A stretch of 57,716 nt of DNA from a virus. Lineage: Duplodnaviria > Caudoviricetes. The notes under the pieces were generated by a model. That model was given only the letters and a program-made list of their open reading frames with translations, had not been told where the DNA came from and did no database searches. Where the stretch lies: positions 1-57,716 of IMG/VR virus record IMGVR_UViG_3300025132_008330; one strand, given 5' to 3'. Shown here piece after piece: positions 26,946-37,237 of this stretch. Made by a program: the position numbers and the translations under genes. Numbering within the stretch: position 1 is the stretch's first letter; the number at the start of each line of letters is the position of its first letter.

Positions 26946-28753
26946 TATCTAACAGTCCCCACGATATCTGAGTCCGGGTATTTTACTTCAAAAATAACAT
27001 CGTCTCTTCCTAATATTAGCCTTCCGTCCGGAGAGGTGTTTGCTTTTACATCATAAGAAAATGAAGAATACAGAGATCCAGTCTTTCTCTCAACGCCAAT
27101 AGAGACAACATCTAAAATACCATCGACATCTTTAAGAACTCTAAACATATCACTCACCCTTATAGGCTCTGCTATATTGTATTTTGATCCTAAGATCTCA
27201 AACTTCAATGCATCGATGGCTCTCTGCAAAACTTCAAACTTATTAGTTTCTTCATTTGCTATGATATCAATTTTAATTCCTAAATTAACTATTTTTGCAT
27301 CCATTATATCAATAGTGTCATTTATCATTTTATAGTTTGATAAGTAATTTTTTAAGTTTGTTTTTAAAGTATTGGTTGATTCTACCAAATGTCCATCGGA
27401 ATTTTCTGATATGATGTAAAGATTTAGGTTTCTCTTGAACGAATCCTCATCTTGAACTATGTTGCACCTCTTTACTGCACCGAATTTTGGAGGCATGGCG
27501 TACACAACTGCTCTGTAGTCCTCTGCTGTTACCGCACGATTTTGAGAACTAAAAGCTCCATATGCTCGATATTTTATCTCTTGAGTTGTTGGAGCAGAGA
27601 CGCTTCCAAGGATTGGTTTTTCGTTTTCAAACTCTAAAGAATTAATCACATTGTTTATTTTTACGGTTGAAAGGGATCCTCTGTTTGCAAAACTATACGA
27701 TGCATCTCCAATTGCGGTTAATGCTCTAGATGCTACATTGTTAATGTTTACACTATTTTTTCTATATTTTATTGTTAATGTAGTGTTTGTTGGGCAAACT
27801 CCCATTTTTTCTGTTTCGATCAAATTTGTTGGATCAAATGTTTGATCAGTGATATAGTCTTTTCCATTTACATTTAATATAACTTTATTTGGCTCGCTAA
27901 TTAGCTCATTTGTTATGTTAGTTTCTGAGCCGTATCCAAACTGCAAATAATATTGATTGCTTAATTGTTCAAAAACAAATCTTCTTGGCACTCTTTTTGG
28001 CTTCATAATCATTGGAACACTGTCACTATCTGCTGTCTTATTGATAATTGGGATGTGAATTACATCCTGTGTCAAGTAATCAACTTCATAGTATTCGTTT
28101 CCATCGCTGTCAATTACAGAAATAATTTCAGATATATTGTTGTCTGCAATTAGAACTTTGCGGAATCTTTCAAATGCTCCGACCTCTATTGTTTTTGACC
28201 TTATTTGACCAGAAATAACTTCTCCATATGCCTTTATCGCATATCCGGTTGGAACACCAGTGTCTGTATCGACCGTAGCGACAACAACCTCGTTGCTTGG
28301 CAATGAAAAATCCACATCTTGATTTAAAGTAAATGTGGCGGTGGATGAACCAGCCGTGAAAACGGCGCCCGATTTCAATATTGGCGCATAATCCAAGTCA
28401 GGTTGCACACCATTGGCTGCCGCAGGGACAATAACATAAAGAGTCACAACACCAGAGGAGACAGGCAGACCCTTGTATCGATAACCCATTTGTCTGGCTA
28501 ATTTTATGATGTTATTTGATTCTATTGCTGATTCAATAAAGGATTCGTTTACATTATAATCCATATAAAAAGACAATATGTCTCCCACATAAGCAACAGT
28601 GTCAATCATGATTGAGCCAAAAGATGCCTCATTAAAATCTTGATATACACTTGGGTAATATCTTTTTACATGGGTAATTAAATCATTTCTAATAGATTGA
28701 TAATCTCTACTAGTGTAATTGATGGGTACTATATCTTTTTTTTCAAATGGCAA
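26945..28753 (-). CDS. Baseplate wedge subunit (T4 gp6 / baseplate J-like)
   Basis: NYTSRDYQSIRNDL, DFNEASFG, AYVGDILSFYMD, LARQMGY, LQFGYG, QNRAVTAEDY. TTG start with AAGGAG SD. Confidence 0.9.
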   Translation of the reverse strand: MPFEKKDIVPINYTSRDYQSIRNDLITHVKRYYPSVYQDFNEASFGSIMIDTVAYVGDILSFYMDYNVNESFIESAIESNNIIKLARQMGYRYKGLPVSSGVVTLYVIVPAAANGVQPDLDYAPILKSGAVFTAGSSTATFTLNQDVDFSLPSNEVVVATVDTDTGVPTGYAIKAYGEVISGQIRSKTIEVGAFERFRKVLIADNNISEIISVIDSDGNEYYEVDYLTQDVIHIPIINKTADSDSVPMIMKPKRVPRRFVFEQLSNQYYLQFGYGSETNITNELISEPNKVILNVNGKDYITDQTFDPTNLIETEKMGVCPTNTTLTIKYRKNSVNINNVASRALTAIGDASYSFANRGSLSTVKINNVINSLEFENEKPILGSVSAPTTQEIKYRAYGAFSSQNRAVTAEDYRAVVYAMPPKFGAVKRCNIVQDEDSFKRNLNLYIISENSDGHLVESTNTLKTNLKNYLSNYKMINDTIDIMDAKIVNLGIKIDIIANEETNKFEVLQRAIDALKFEILGSKYNIAEPIRVSDMFRVLKDVDGILDVVSIGVERKTGSLYSSFSYDVKANTSPDGRLILGRDDVIFEVKYPDSDIVGTVR

Positions 28754-28769
28754 TTTTGTAACTCCTTAG

Positions 28770-28779
28770 ATTAAATAGT
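28770..28779 (-). promoter_or_regulatory. Putative phage late promoter
   Basis: ACTATTTAAT immediately upstream of the AAGGAG SD of the gp6-like gene. Confidence 0.5.
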
Positions 28780-29184
28780 CTAATATGATTCATTTTTCAA
28801 AGCCAAATTTAAAATATCATCAGCTCCTACAGATCTAATTGAATATTTAATCGACACAAGCATAGTGTTGGCTGACGGAGGCGACAATTCATCCCCACTT
28901 TTTATACTAAGACCCTTTAAATCAATAAAAGGCATATATTTTTTAACCTGCTGTCTTATTCTTATTTTAATGCTGGTATCTAATGACGGTGCGGTGTTCT
29001 CAAATAAGTATTTTTTAAGACCTACACCAAACTCTGGATCCATCATTCTTTCTCTGGGGGCAGTTAATAACAGACATTTTAAATTTTGTTTTGTTGTCTG
29101 CCTTATTGTCAATAACATTTCGTGCCCAAACTTTGAGTCGATGGTTAATGGCAGTCTTGGAGCTAATGTATTAATTTGTGACAT
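28780..29184 (-). CDS. Baseplate wedge subunit, gp25/GPW family
   Basis: KQNLKCLLLTAPRERMMDPEFGVGLKKYLFE is the gp25 signature (LLT..GER...P.FG..L...LFE). Confidence 0.9.
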   Translation of the reverse strand: MSQINTLAPRLPLTIDSKFGHEMLLTIRQTTKQNLKCLLLTAPRERMMDPEFGVGLKKYLFENTAPSLDTSIKIRIRQQVKKYMPFIDLKGLSIKSGDELSPPSANTMLVSIKYSIRSVGADDILNLALKNESY

Positions 29185-29188
29185 TTTT

Positions 29189-32100
29189 TTATCCTAAATA
29201 ATCAAATTTCTTAGCATTTATAATTATCTCTAGAAGCCTGTCTAAAGACTCTTTTGAATTGAAAAAGGCATTTTGCGCTTCATTATTTTTATAAAACATC
29301 TTTTGCATGCCATAGAAAGTTAAAAAGTATATTATATCGTCCGTTGGTACGCAAAACCTTAAAAAATCATTAAATTCTTCACTATTAATTAGATCAGTTT
29401 TAAGATTATTGTTTTCAAACCCACCAGATTTACCTATTTCAATAAAATCGCTGACCGAAATGCTGCTAAGATCGATATTCTCTTCTACTTTGATTATCGG
29501 AATAATTACAGAAAAACTGCTCTCCTCATCAAGATCTTCTATTGAGGCGTTTTGTTTGCTAAGAAGGTATTTGTATACACTTTCTCCGTATTTTTTTCCA
29601 ATCGCTATATTTTCACCATCAAAGCATATCATGGATTTGTCTCTTGCACACAATTGATTAATACCCTCAATAGTAGCCGCAGGATGATTGTCGTTCTCCT
29701 CTGCAAGTGGGCTAAGTGGATATGCTGTATCTCCACCAATTATTTTAAATATTCGTTTAGCAGCAGCGTATACATCAGGATCTTGAGTTTCGTCGCCTGT
29801 GTTTTCTATTTGTGAGGGCGTTTCATATGCTATTCCGTAGCACAATCTGTATCCAAATTTAAAACCTTTGATGTAGTCCGATGCGTAGGAGCCGAGTGCG
29901 AATCCTGCGGCGACTGCGCCTACGGCATCTACGGCAAGCGGTAATGGTCCGTTGTCGTCGAGCAACATATTCAGCCCATACTCATTAATTGTATATTTAG
30001 TTTCTGGGTGAAATGGTCTGTTAAAAAAATTGTTTTGGTGTGCCGGTGCAGGCGCTTCGTTCTCTGAATAATCTTCTACATAATAATATTTTTGCAAAAA
30101 GAATTTTCCATTCTTAAACTGTTCGTAGTTACTTCCCTCAAATAAGCTTGAGTTAGTATTTTCGATCCCTTTCTTTATCTCTTGTGCTGTAAGGGCTTCC
30201 TTTACAGCAACAGGGTAGGGATCATATAATTGTCCCAATTTGTTTTCAATTGATGTACTGGCGTAAGTGTGGACCCAAAGATCTTTATTTAAATCCACAA
30301 TCACATTTGCTGGTGGTATTTGTTGAGATCCTGCGCCTTGGATTCCGCCGAGCAGATCTATAGCGCTGATTATTTTTTGCTGAACATCTGAAATGTTTGC
30401 GTTGATGAAATAATCCAAACCGGGGGTGTCGCCCTGATACTCGATCACTTCTGTATCGCTTACTGTTTTCAAATACTCATATGAAGAATCACTAGATTTT
30501 AAAAGTTGCTCGTATTTTTCATTCGTTATGGATAGTTTTATTAAACTTTTGATGTATTCAGAAGAAAAATCTTTATATATTGTTGACAACTTTTGTTTTA
30601 CATCCGTATTGTACTCGGTCATAAAAACAAGAGATCTCAAAAAATATTCCAATATGTATGATCGAGCATATAAATGACAACTTCCAAGCAAAGAAGCCAG
30701 TTGCTTCTTGCTTAATGTTTCTGAATCATCAAAATCTTCATTATCGCCCATTGTATAGTTGTTGCTTACAAAATCTTTACACACTTGATAGTCAACAATT
30801 TCATCTAGATTTTCTGCTACTGCTAAATAATATTGAGTAGCTTTGCCTTTAATGTCCTCAGAACTAAATATTTTTCCATAATTTTTAGCTAACTTTTTTG
30901 CATTAGCAGAGATAATAATATCATACAGTTTTTGTACAGGGTCGTCGGTGCCGTAGGCGTCACCTATATTTTTTGTTATATAATATGGCGCAACTTTATA
31001 ACTATTTGAAACATTTTCTTTATAGTATTTTCTTATCAACTCGTAAAACATCAATTCTTGATTAGAAGCTTTTCCCGATTCTTTTAAACTCTTTGCAATG
31101 GGGCTGTTTTCAACTAATTCTTGTGTCTTTTCTGCAATTGGCACTGATTCGAGAGACAATTTCCCATCTGGTTCTAATAACTGATCATTGATGAATAAAT
31201 TTGTCATCTCCGATGTTCCATTGGGATTTAAATAAAGTCTTGGTATTGTAGAAACGCTAGTCAAGCCAGTTACTTGTGCGTCCACTTCATTACTAATTGT
31301 AACATATTTCACTTGCTCCTCTTCTTCTGGCTCTATAGTGACTATCATTTTATTTACCAAAGGCTCTGTAAATACAGAGATTAGCTTGTTCCACCTTTCT
31401 GTTGAGTATAGAGAGTTAAAATAATTTTTAGTTTCTGCGCTAATTGTTGTCTTTGTTGGGGAAAACAAGGTCTCTGTCATTCTGTCAATCGCAAAGTTTT
31501 GACTTAGTGGCTTGTATTCCGGGGAAGCCAACAGACCTTGCTCCCCAGTTTCATAATTGTTAAAAAGGTTTGGAACAGCGTTTGGAACAAATCCGCCATT
31601 TGCTTGAGCATAACTTATGCCGTTGGCGTTGCATGCCTCTTCTAATCCAGACTCCAGTATTTCAATGATTTCTTGAAATTTCTGAACATCTGACTGTATC
31701 TCCTTTTGGTACATAGAATCATACAGTATTGGATCAGGGCACTTTTCCTTCATCTTTTCAAGCAATTCATCTTTTATGTCTCTGCACAGATCTGGATTTT
31801 CCAACTGCATAACAATATCATTTTGAATTTGCTCTATTACACTAGGACTTATATTTTCCCCCAAGCAAATGAACATTTCTCTTATTTTAGATGTATTATT
31901 TTTAAATGCATAAATATCGCTGTAGTTCTCTTTTGTGAAAACAAGCACTTCGCTTAAAACACCGCCTGCTGTGGTACCATCAAATAAGTTTAAAAGCTCT
32001 ACAGGAGAAATTATTTTTGAAACTTCATCTAGATATTCTTTTGTTGTCGATGCGGGGACGGCAGTAGACGGTATTCCACAATTGTCAAATATATTTGAAA

Positions 32101-34111
32101 CATTTTCCTCGTATGGCTTTTCTTCAAACACTCCGATAGAGTTTTGAAGAGCGTCATTAATATTTTCGGCACCATAATTCTTTTTTGCTAAAACTAATGG
32201 GTCAGAAGTTTCTTCTTCGTTGTTATATATAGCCAAGCCAGCAGCTACAAGACCCCCTGTTGCAGCAGCAGCAAGTAACATCTCGCACCTAGCTTTCAAA
32301 AGCCTAATAATAATAGCTAAGAGTATTTGAGAAATTGCAAACAAAAACATTTTACCAATTGCAGATCCAAATATCTTCATCAAACTAAAAGAGGGAAGCT
32401 CTATTCCGATTGAGATACTGCCGAGACCGGTTAGACCGGGAATTCCAAGGTCAAAATCTCCGTCTCCGAAGCCGAAGCCAAAGTCATTCTCGCCGTTATC
32501 ACTGTCGTCATCGTCGTCATCATCGCTGTCGTCGTTATCTCCAAAATCTGGAAAAGTCATTCTCCATATTGTTCCAAAATCTATATCTCTTAAAACAAGG
32601 TCATAAACAACTTCAAGGCTTCCAGCTCCAAGTGGACCAAGAAGGTCGACCAGATCGCATAAAGAGTCTGGTGAAGAGAATTTATCTCCGGAAACAATGT
32701 TTCTTAGGTTTCTTGCTTCTGATGCTTTTTTTGCTAACTCTTCTTGTTGAGACTCTGTGAAACATTTGGGATCTATATTCTCATCTAGCCCGAAAAGGTC
32801 TCCCAAATCTTTAGCCAAAGCAACTATTATTGCTCCAGTGTCCAGCGCTAGACCAAGCTCTTGCGTTCCGAACAGTCCGGGCTGTTTTTGCTCCACAGTT
32901 TCAGTTGCTGTCGTTGCTTGAACGAGCACTGGCTTAGGGTCTATTACATATTTTTTAAAGAATACTTCAGTTGTAGGCTCTGTTCGGCAAATTTCAACTT
33001 GTTTTAAAAACAAATAAGCAACCCTTGGTTCATTAAATGGATAAGAATTCTTAAGTACTGAAAAGCCAGCTAAAAGAGGTTTATCTTCCTTAGTGCTATC
33101 AGTGTGGAGCACAGAATACAGTTTAAATTCCTTATCGAAACATACCTTTACATATCCCCTGTATGCAATATCAGAACAATATTCTCCCTTTGTTTGATTG
33201 TCTATAGGATCTAAACTAATGTTGTTTTTAGTTAAAAATGATTTGAGCTTCTGGAAAGCGTCTCGTTGCTTTTTTATTTCTTTTTCGTATTTAAACGGAT
33301 TAACCTTGAAGTTTGATAATATGAAATTATTGTATTGTTGAGCCAAACAATCGACAAAAGTTTGCTGCTGATCGTTGATTGTTTCCAAATCTATTTTTAT
33401 GCAAAAATCTTCATCTACATCTTGTAGTTCTAAAACTTCTGATGCTTGTTCTGCTTTATCTTTAACATATTCTAGGTATATTGCTGGTATAATTACCAAC
33501 ATTCTCAACTTACTATTTGGTCTTGATGATAAATAATGGTCTTTTACATAGCTAGACAAGAGACCATTATTAAACCCTTCAGGACCGTAACCTATTTGGG
33601 GCAAAATTTCATCAGAAACTCCAAAGTATTCATACATCTGCTCTATCGCAGACAATTTTGCTTCTTGCTTTTTGTTTTCTAGATCCTGATTGCTGCTTAA
33701 GCAAGTATATGGAAGGACGACAGATACCCACCATTCGCCATTTTCCCTGTGGTAGTAGGGCTCATCAGTCTCTTGCCAGTCAGGTATGATTGCTAGAGCT
33801 AGGGGGGACATTTTTTCAACTTGTATCTCTTTTTTTAGCAGAAAAAACCCATTTTTTGCCGAATTGTCTATTTCTAGAAGATATTTTGTTCGGACATATC
33901 CAATATCCCCGGTATCTACTACTTTAACATATGCCCATTCACTATTTCCGGTTGCATATTCCCTCAACATGGTTATTTGAGAGGATATTGGCATCTTATA
34001 CAGTGTTTTTGATGAATTACTTGCTTTTTGACGAAGAAGAACATTGGATTCTCCTTGAGAAACCACTATATGTGTTGCTTGTTTAAGCTGTTGATAATTA
34101 AAATCTGCCAT
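29189..34111 (-). CDS. Large virion-associated protein with N-terminal SH3b domain and internal hydrophobic segments
   Basis: 1640 aa. VLLRQKASNSSKTL...EWAYVKV...GDIGYVRTKYL is a bacterial SH3 pattern. Acidic tract followed by MFLFAISQILLAIIIRLL and LLAAAATGGLVAAGLAIY. Confidence 0.6.
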   Translation of the reverse strand: MADFNYQQLKQATHIVVSQGESNVLLRQKASNSSKTLYKMPISSQITMLREYATGNSEWAYVKVVDTGDIGYVRTKYLLEIDNSAKNGFFLLKKEIQVEKMSPLALAIIPDWQETDEPYYHRENGEWWVSVVLPYTCLSSNQDLENKKQEAKLSAIEQMYEYFGVSDEILPQIGYGPEGFNNGLLSSYVKDHYLSSRPNSKLRMLVIIPAIYLEYVKDKAEQASEVLELQDVDEDFCIKIDLETINDQQQTFVDCLAQQYNNFILSNFKVNPFKYEKEIKKQRDAFQKLKSFLTKNNISLDPIDNQTKGEYCSDIAYRGYVKVCFDKEFKLYSVLHTDSTKEDKPLLAGFSVLKNSYPFNEPRVAYLFLKQVEICRTEPTTEVFFKKYVIDPKPVLVQATTATETVEQKQPGLFGTQELGLALDTGAIIVALAKDLGDLFGLDENIDPKCFTESQQEELAKKASEARNLRNIVSGDKFSSPDSLCDLVDLLGPLGAGSLEVVYDLVLRDIDFGTIWRMTFPDFGDNDDSDDDDDDDSDNGENDFGFGFGDGDFDLGIPGLTGLGSISIGIELPSFSLMKIFGSAIGKMFLFAISQILLAIIIRLLKARCEMLLAAAATGGLVAAGLAIYNNEEETSDPLVLAKKNYGAENINDALQNSIGVFEEKPYEENVSNIFDNCGIPSTAVPASTTKEYLDEVSKIISPVELLNLFDGTTAGGVLSEVLVFTKENYSDIYAFKNNTSKIREMFICLGENISPSVIEQIQNDIVMQLENPDLCRDIKDELLEKMKEKCPDPILYDSMYQKEIQSDVQKFQEIIEILESGLEEACNANGISYAQANGGFVPNAVPNLFNNYETGEQGLLASPEYKPLSQNFAIDRMTETLFSPTKTTISAETKNYFNSLYSTERWNKLISVFTEPLVNKMIVTIEPEEEEQVKYVTISNEVDAQVTGLTSVSTIPRLYLNPNGTSEMTNLFINDQLLEPDGKLSLESVPIAEKTQELVENSPIAKSLKESGKASNQELMFYELIRKYYKENVSNSYKVAPYYITKNIGDAYGTDDPVQKLYDIIISANAKKLAKNYGKIFSSEDIKGKATQYYLAVAENLDEIVDYQVCKDFVSNNYTMGDNEDFDDSETLSKKQLASLLGSCHLYARSYILEYFLRSLVFMTEYNTDVKQKLSTIYKDFSSEYIKSLIKLSITNEKYEQLLKSSDSSYEYLKTVSDTEVIEYQGDTPGLDYFINANISDVQQKIISAIDLLGGIQGAGSQQIPPANVIVDLNKDLWVHTYASTSIENKLGQLYDPYPVAVKEALTAQEIKKGIENTNSSLFEGSNYEQFKNGKFFLQKYYYVEDYSENEAPAPAHQNNFFNRPFHPETKYTINEYGLNMLLDDNGPLPLAVDAVGAVAAGFALGSYASDYIKGFKFGYRLCYGIAYETPSQIENTGDETQDPDVYAAAKRIFKIIGGDTAYPLSPLAEENDNHPAATIEGINQLCARDKSMICFDGENIAIGKKYGESVYKYLLSKQNASIEDLDEESSFSVIIPIIKVEENIDLSSISVSDFIEIGKSGGFENNNLKTDLINSEEFNDFLRFCVPTDDIIYFLTFYGMQKMFYKNNEAQNAFFNSKESLDRLLEIIINAKKFDYLG

Positions 34112-34120
34112 GTTATGTCT

Positions 34121-35056
34121 CTAGTTTGTATTGTTATAGCTACTAAGTATAAACTTTGATCCACCTTTCTTTAAGTATTCTTGCCTATGACTTATGATAC
34201 TAATATTTCTATTAAAATGAGATGGAAAGTCTAAGAATCCAAGCTGTGCTGCATCGATGGCACACGCTGTAGCAGCAGTCAGAGACGGCAAAGTACCTAA
34301 CAAAGTAGGGCTCGTGGGGTCTGGTATGACTGAATGTGTGTGAGCGGCTAATGCTGAATCTAATGCTAACTGTTTTGTTGCTAAGGAATTGACCATTCCG
34401 ACTATTAACTCAAGATCATTGGAAATAATATTTAATATTTCATTTAAATTTTTACCTTTTGCAAGCGGTTGCAAGTCTCCGCTTTTGTTTCCTGCAATTA
34501 GATCTATGCCCTTTATAGTCGTTATTTCGCCGGTTCCATCTGGGACTGAATTGCGACGGTCGACTCTGGTTACAAGCTTAATCCCTTCTCTTCCAATAAT
34601 TCTGACCGCATCTGCCTTAATCCCTATTGCAGACCTTGCTACTGAATTACCAACACGACCTTTTGTTAGTTTAAAATTCTTGTCTATGTCTGTTCTTTGG
34701 CTAATATAAATTCTAGCTGCGTCTTTTTTAAAATTTGGATTAACTTCTTTTTCAGGATCCTCCTGATTTGGGTATCTTCCTACTACTATATCAATTCTTC
34801 CGCAGTGTGTATCTCCACTCCCGCCATATCCGGAACACAATTCAGATGGTCGGTCTCTTCCGAATACTATTTCTGCATTGTTTTGTCCAGAAAATAGAGT
34901 TTCGCTAGATTGCTCTGCCTCTTTTAACCTTGGCACATGCTCAAGTTTTTTAGAATTACATATACCTTCTAGTTGCAGCTTTTCTTTTGTTGTTGCATTT
35001 TGAAGCGCATGTTTTTCTGCTTTATTTAACTTTGTAAGATCATTGGGGTTTGCCAT
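34121..35056 (-). CDS. Putative baseplate spike (gp5/gpV C-terminal-like)
   Basis: Beta-strand repeats (AARIYISQ, SAIGIKADAVRIIGREGIKLVT) followed by AHTH, the HxH metal-binding tip motif of contractile-tail spikes. Upstream of gp25. Confidence 0.6.
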   Translation of the reverse strand: MANPNDLTKLNKAEKHALQNATTKEKLQLEGICNSKKLEHVPRLKEAEQSSETLFSGQNNAEIVFGRDRPSELCSGYGGSGDTHCGRIDIVVGRYPNQEDPEKEVNPNFKKDAARIYISQRTDIDKNFKLTKGRVGNSVARSAIGIKADAVRIIGREGIKLVTRVDRRNSVPDGTGEITTIKGIDLIAGNKSGDLQPLAKGKNLNEILNIISNDLELIVGMVNSLATKQLALDSALAAHTHSVIPDPTSPTLLGTLPSLTAATACAIDAAQLGFLDFPSHFNRNISIISHRQEYLKKGGSKFILSSYNNTN

Positions 35057-35078
35057 TTCTTATTCTCCGGATCTCATT

Positions 35079-36932
35079 TTATTCAAATATAATATCATCA
35101 TATTCCTCATCGGATGTATTTTTTCCTGTTTTTATACTTTCTTCAACGACATACGAACAATATTTATAATATTTGCCATTTATCGTGCTTCCAGAATTAT
35201 AATCAACAAACTCTGTCCCAGTGAACCAATTTTCTCTTGGGACCTTAACTTCCCATTCGTTGTATAGCCTTCCAGTGGGATAAATTCCATACAAATATGC
35301 ATTATTAACAAGCCACTGCCATGCTGTATTTTGTAAAAAATTAATATTTTTATCAGCAAAGCCATTGTTTCCAAACTTAAAAACTAAACCAGTCTCATAA
35401 GATGTGTGAAATGGTTCAAATTTTATGCCCTCTTCTAGAGATCCGTATTTGTCTGAGAGCTTTTCTATATAGAGTTTGTAATTATCGTTGTATTGGTTGG
35501 GCTGCCAGCCACGGGAAATCTTAAATATCTCATTGTATTTTGGTTGCGAAGATATGGGTGATTTTTTTAAAAAATCTATCCATCCATAATTTAATTGCTT
35601 TATTCTCTCTGCTGCTAAAATATGAAGTTTTTGTGTTCTTGCTCCCAAAACAGAGCTTACTGGGACTAAATTTTCTGCAAAATTGCCCAAGTCTCCATAT
35701 GAGTAAACCCTAACCCTGTTGGTTGTTAATGCATACAATGGTCCATTATAGTTGTAAGTGTCATATTCTGTTGGTTTTATTTTTATATCTTTTAAATAGC
35801 TGACTTGTGTAGCTACTTTGTATATTCCTCTATTTAATATTTTTGAATCCTTATGAACAACTCTACCTTTTTCATCAACAACCTTTTGAGTAATTCCTGC
35901 TAAAGTCGATCTTGGTTTCAACAGCAGACCGCCGTTAGATGAATAAAAATTTGCCCCTTGTTTTTGCAAGTAAGGCGTATTTAGTGACACATATTTGGCA
36001 ACTTGAGATCCAAAATCTCCGCCAAGTGCTTTTTTTGCCAATTGTTCTTTTGTCTTGTCCCAACCATATCCAATAACCATGTCTCCAATTTCCAAGAATG
36101 CATCTTCATATGCATCCGATAGAGTATTCCCCATAGCAGGCTGTGCAGATGTGCCCTTGTCAATGTTTTTTGAATATTCAAAAGGCAAAGAAGAGTTTGA
36201 ATATATGTTTTCAGTAAATGTTTTAGGAATATCTTTTGATTTTGCTGGTCCAATATATATTCCTGCCTCTGTCGAAGTCATCTCTACCATAACAATAGAA
36301 CCCGGTTGTGGTACTGGTGTGTCTTTTCCAACTGCCACAAATGTTGGATATAATAAAATTGATATATTGTCATACATTTCCACTGTTTCTCGACCGCTTG
36401 GAGAAAAAGCACTAGGGGAGAGAGAATCACTTGATTTAAAATTTGATTCATTTTCAATATAATTTCGTGGATATGTGCTTGGTATTGGAATGTTGGCATG
36501 CAACTCTGGAATTCGTGCCTTTATCCTCACTAAAGATTCATTTTTGTTGCTGGGGTGCTTATATGTTGGATTCGCATCTGTTGGTTCAAAAGTAGATGGG
36601 GCTGCTCCCGCTCCCAATGCTTCTAGGGACCGCTGTTGGGCACTGCCGGGGCTGCCCTGTGGTAATACTTTTAAAACTATCGCATAATATGTCTTTCCAA
36701 TGTCGGGTCGACTTGTTAAGGCTATTTGCTTTGCAACCTTTAGCTGCTTAAAAAAGCCATCTCCAGCTTTAACTTTTTCGCTAGCGCCGGTGATGCCGTT
36801 GTCATCTAAAATATTTCTGTTAAGTAAGCCATAAGGTAGATTAGCCATGGAATATTCGCTTTTGCTTCTACCCATATCAGCGTTTGGATCTAACCCCAAA
36901 GAGCCACTTGCCTTATTGTCAGTTGAGGCCAT
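35079..36932 (-). CDS. Putative baseplate hub/gp5 OB-fold-like protein with degenerate peptidase M15 (VanY-like) domain
   Basis: N-half VRIKARIPELH...PQPGSIVMV...GIYIG is OB-fold-like. C-half KLHILAAERIKQL...SYETGLVF...AWQWLVNNAYLYGIYP resembles VanY/M15B. Confidence 0.55.
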   Translation of the reverse strand: MASTDNKASGSLGLDPNADMGRSKSEYSMANLPYGLLNRNILDDNGITGASEKVKAGDGFFKQLKVAKQIALTSRPDIGKTYYAIVLKVLPQGSPGSAQQRSLEALGAGAAPSTFEPTDANPTYKHPSNKNESLVRIKARIPELHANIPIPSTYPRNYIENESNFKSSDSLSPSAFSPSGRETVEMYDNISILLYPTFVAVGKDTPVPQPGSIVMVEMTSTEAGIYIGPAKSKDIPKTFTENIYSNSSLPFEYSKNIDKGTSAQPAMGNTLSDAYEDAFLEIGDMVIGYGWDKTKEQLAKKALGGDFGSQVAKYVSLNTPYLQKQGANFYSSNGGLLLKPRSTLAGITQKVVDEKGRVVHKDSKILNRGIYKVATQVSYLKDIKIKPTEYDTYNYNGPLYALTTNRVRVYSYGDLGNFAENLVPVSSVLGARTQKLHILAAERIKQLNYGWIDFLKKSPISSQPKYNEIFKISRGWQPNQYNDNYKLYIEKLSDKYGSLEEGIKFEPFHTSYETGLVFKFGNNGFADKNINFLQNTAWQWLVNNAYLYGIYPTGRLYNEWEVKVPRENWFTGTEFVDYNSGSTINGKYYKYCSYVVEESIKTGKNTSDEEYDDIIFE

Positions 36933-37216
36933 TAGCCCGTCTCCTTAATTAAGTCAAACAACTCCTCCTTGTCTTGGCTACTTAACTCATCAGAACCTGC
37001 TGTCTTCTTTTGAATAAGGGCACTTACTTTTACAAGTTGCTCGTTTGATCTTTGTAGGGTTTCAACATATTTGGCAGCGACTGTACCGACTTTTTCTTTG
37101 CGTTCGTCGTCTTTTTTCATGTATTCCATCAACTCCATTAATAGAGTTGTGGTAATGGCTCGGTCGCTTCTTATGTTTTTAATTGCTTCGTCAATATATG
37201 AGTCTAGATCTTTCAT
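36932..37216 (-). CDS. Hypothetical helical protein, first gene of the structural module
   Basis: 94 aa ORF with TAATG coupling to the next gene and the putative late motif upstream. Confidence 0.7.
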   Translation of the reverse strand: MKDLDSYIDEAIKNIRSDRAITTTLLMELMEYMKKDDERKEKVGTVAAKYVETLQRSNEQLVKVSALIQKKTAGSDELSSQDKEELFDLIKETG

Positions 37217-37221
37217 GGTAA

Positions 37222-37231
37222 TATAAATAGT
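37222..37231 (-). promoter_or_regulatory. Putative phage late promoter
   Basis: ACTATTTATA 5 nt upstream of the ATG at 37216, directly after the sigma-like gene. Confidence 0.6.
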
Positions 37232-37237
37232 GCTAAA

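Noticed and set aside
32455-32550. (tcg/tca)n microsatellite-like run
   Set aside because: In-frame poly-Asp coding tract; covered under the 1640 aa protein finding.
7056-34111. Inteins, introns or a diversity-generating retroelement in the giant ORFs
   Set aside because: No intein C-terminal HN-[CST] with LAGLIDADG blocks, no HNH/GIY-YIG ORF, no reverse transcriptase and no TR/VR repeat pair were recognised by eye.
3687-37216. Extracellular contractile injection system or tailocin rather than phage
   Set aside because: Flanked by primase, resolvase, Mre11-like nuclease, PhoH, tRNA and a sigma-like gene, which indicates a replicating phage. Sheath, tube and capsid genes are presumably outside the window.
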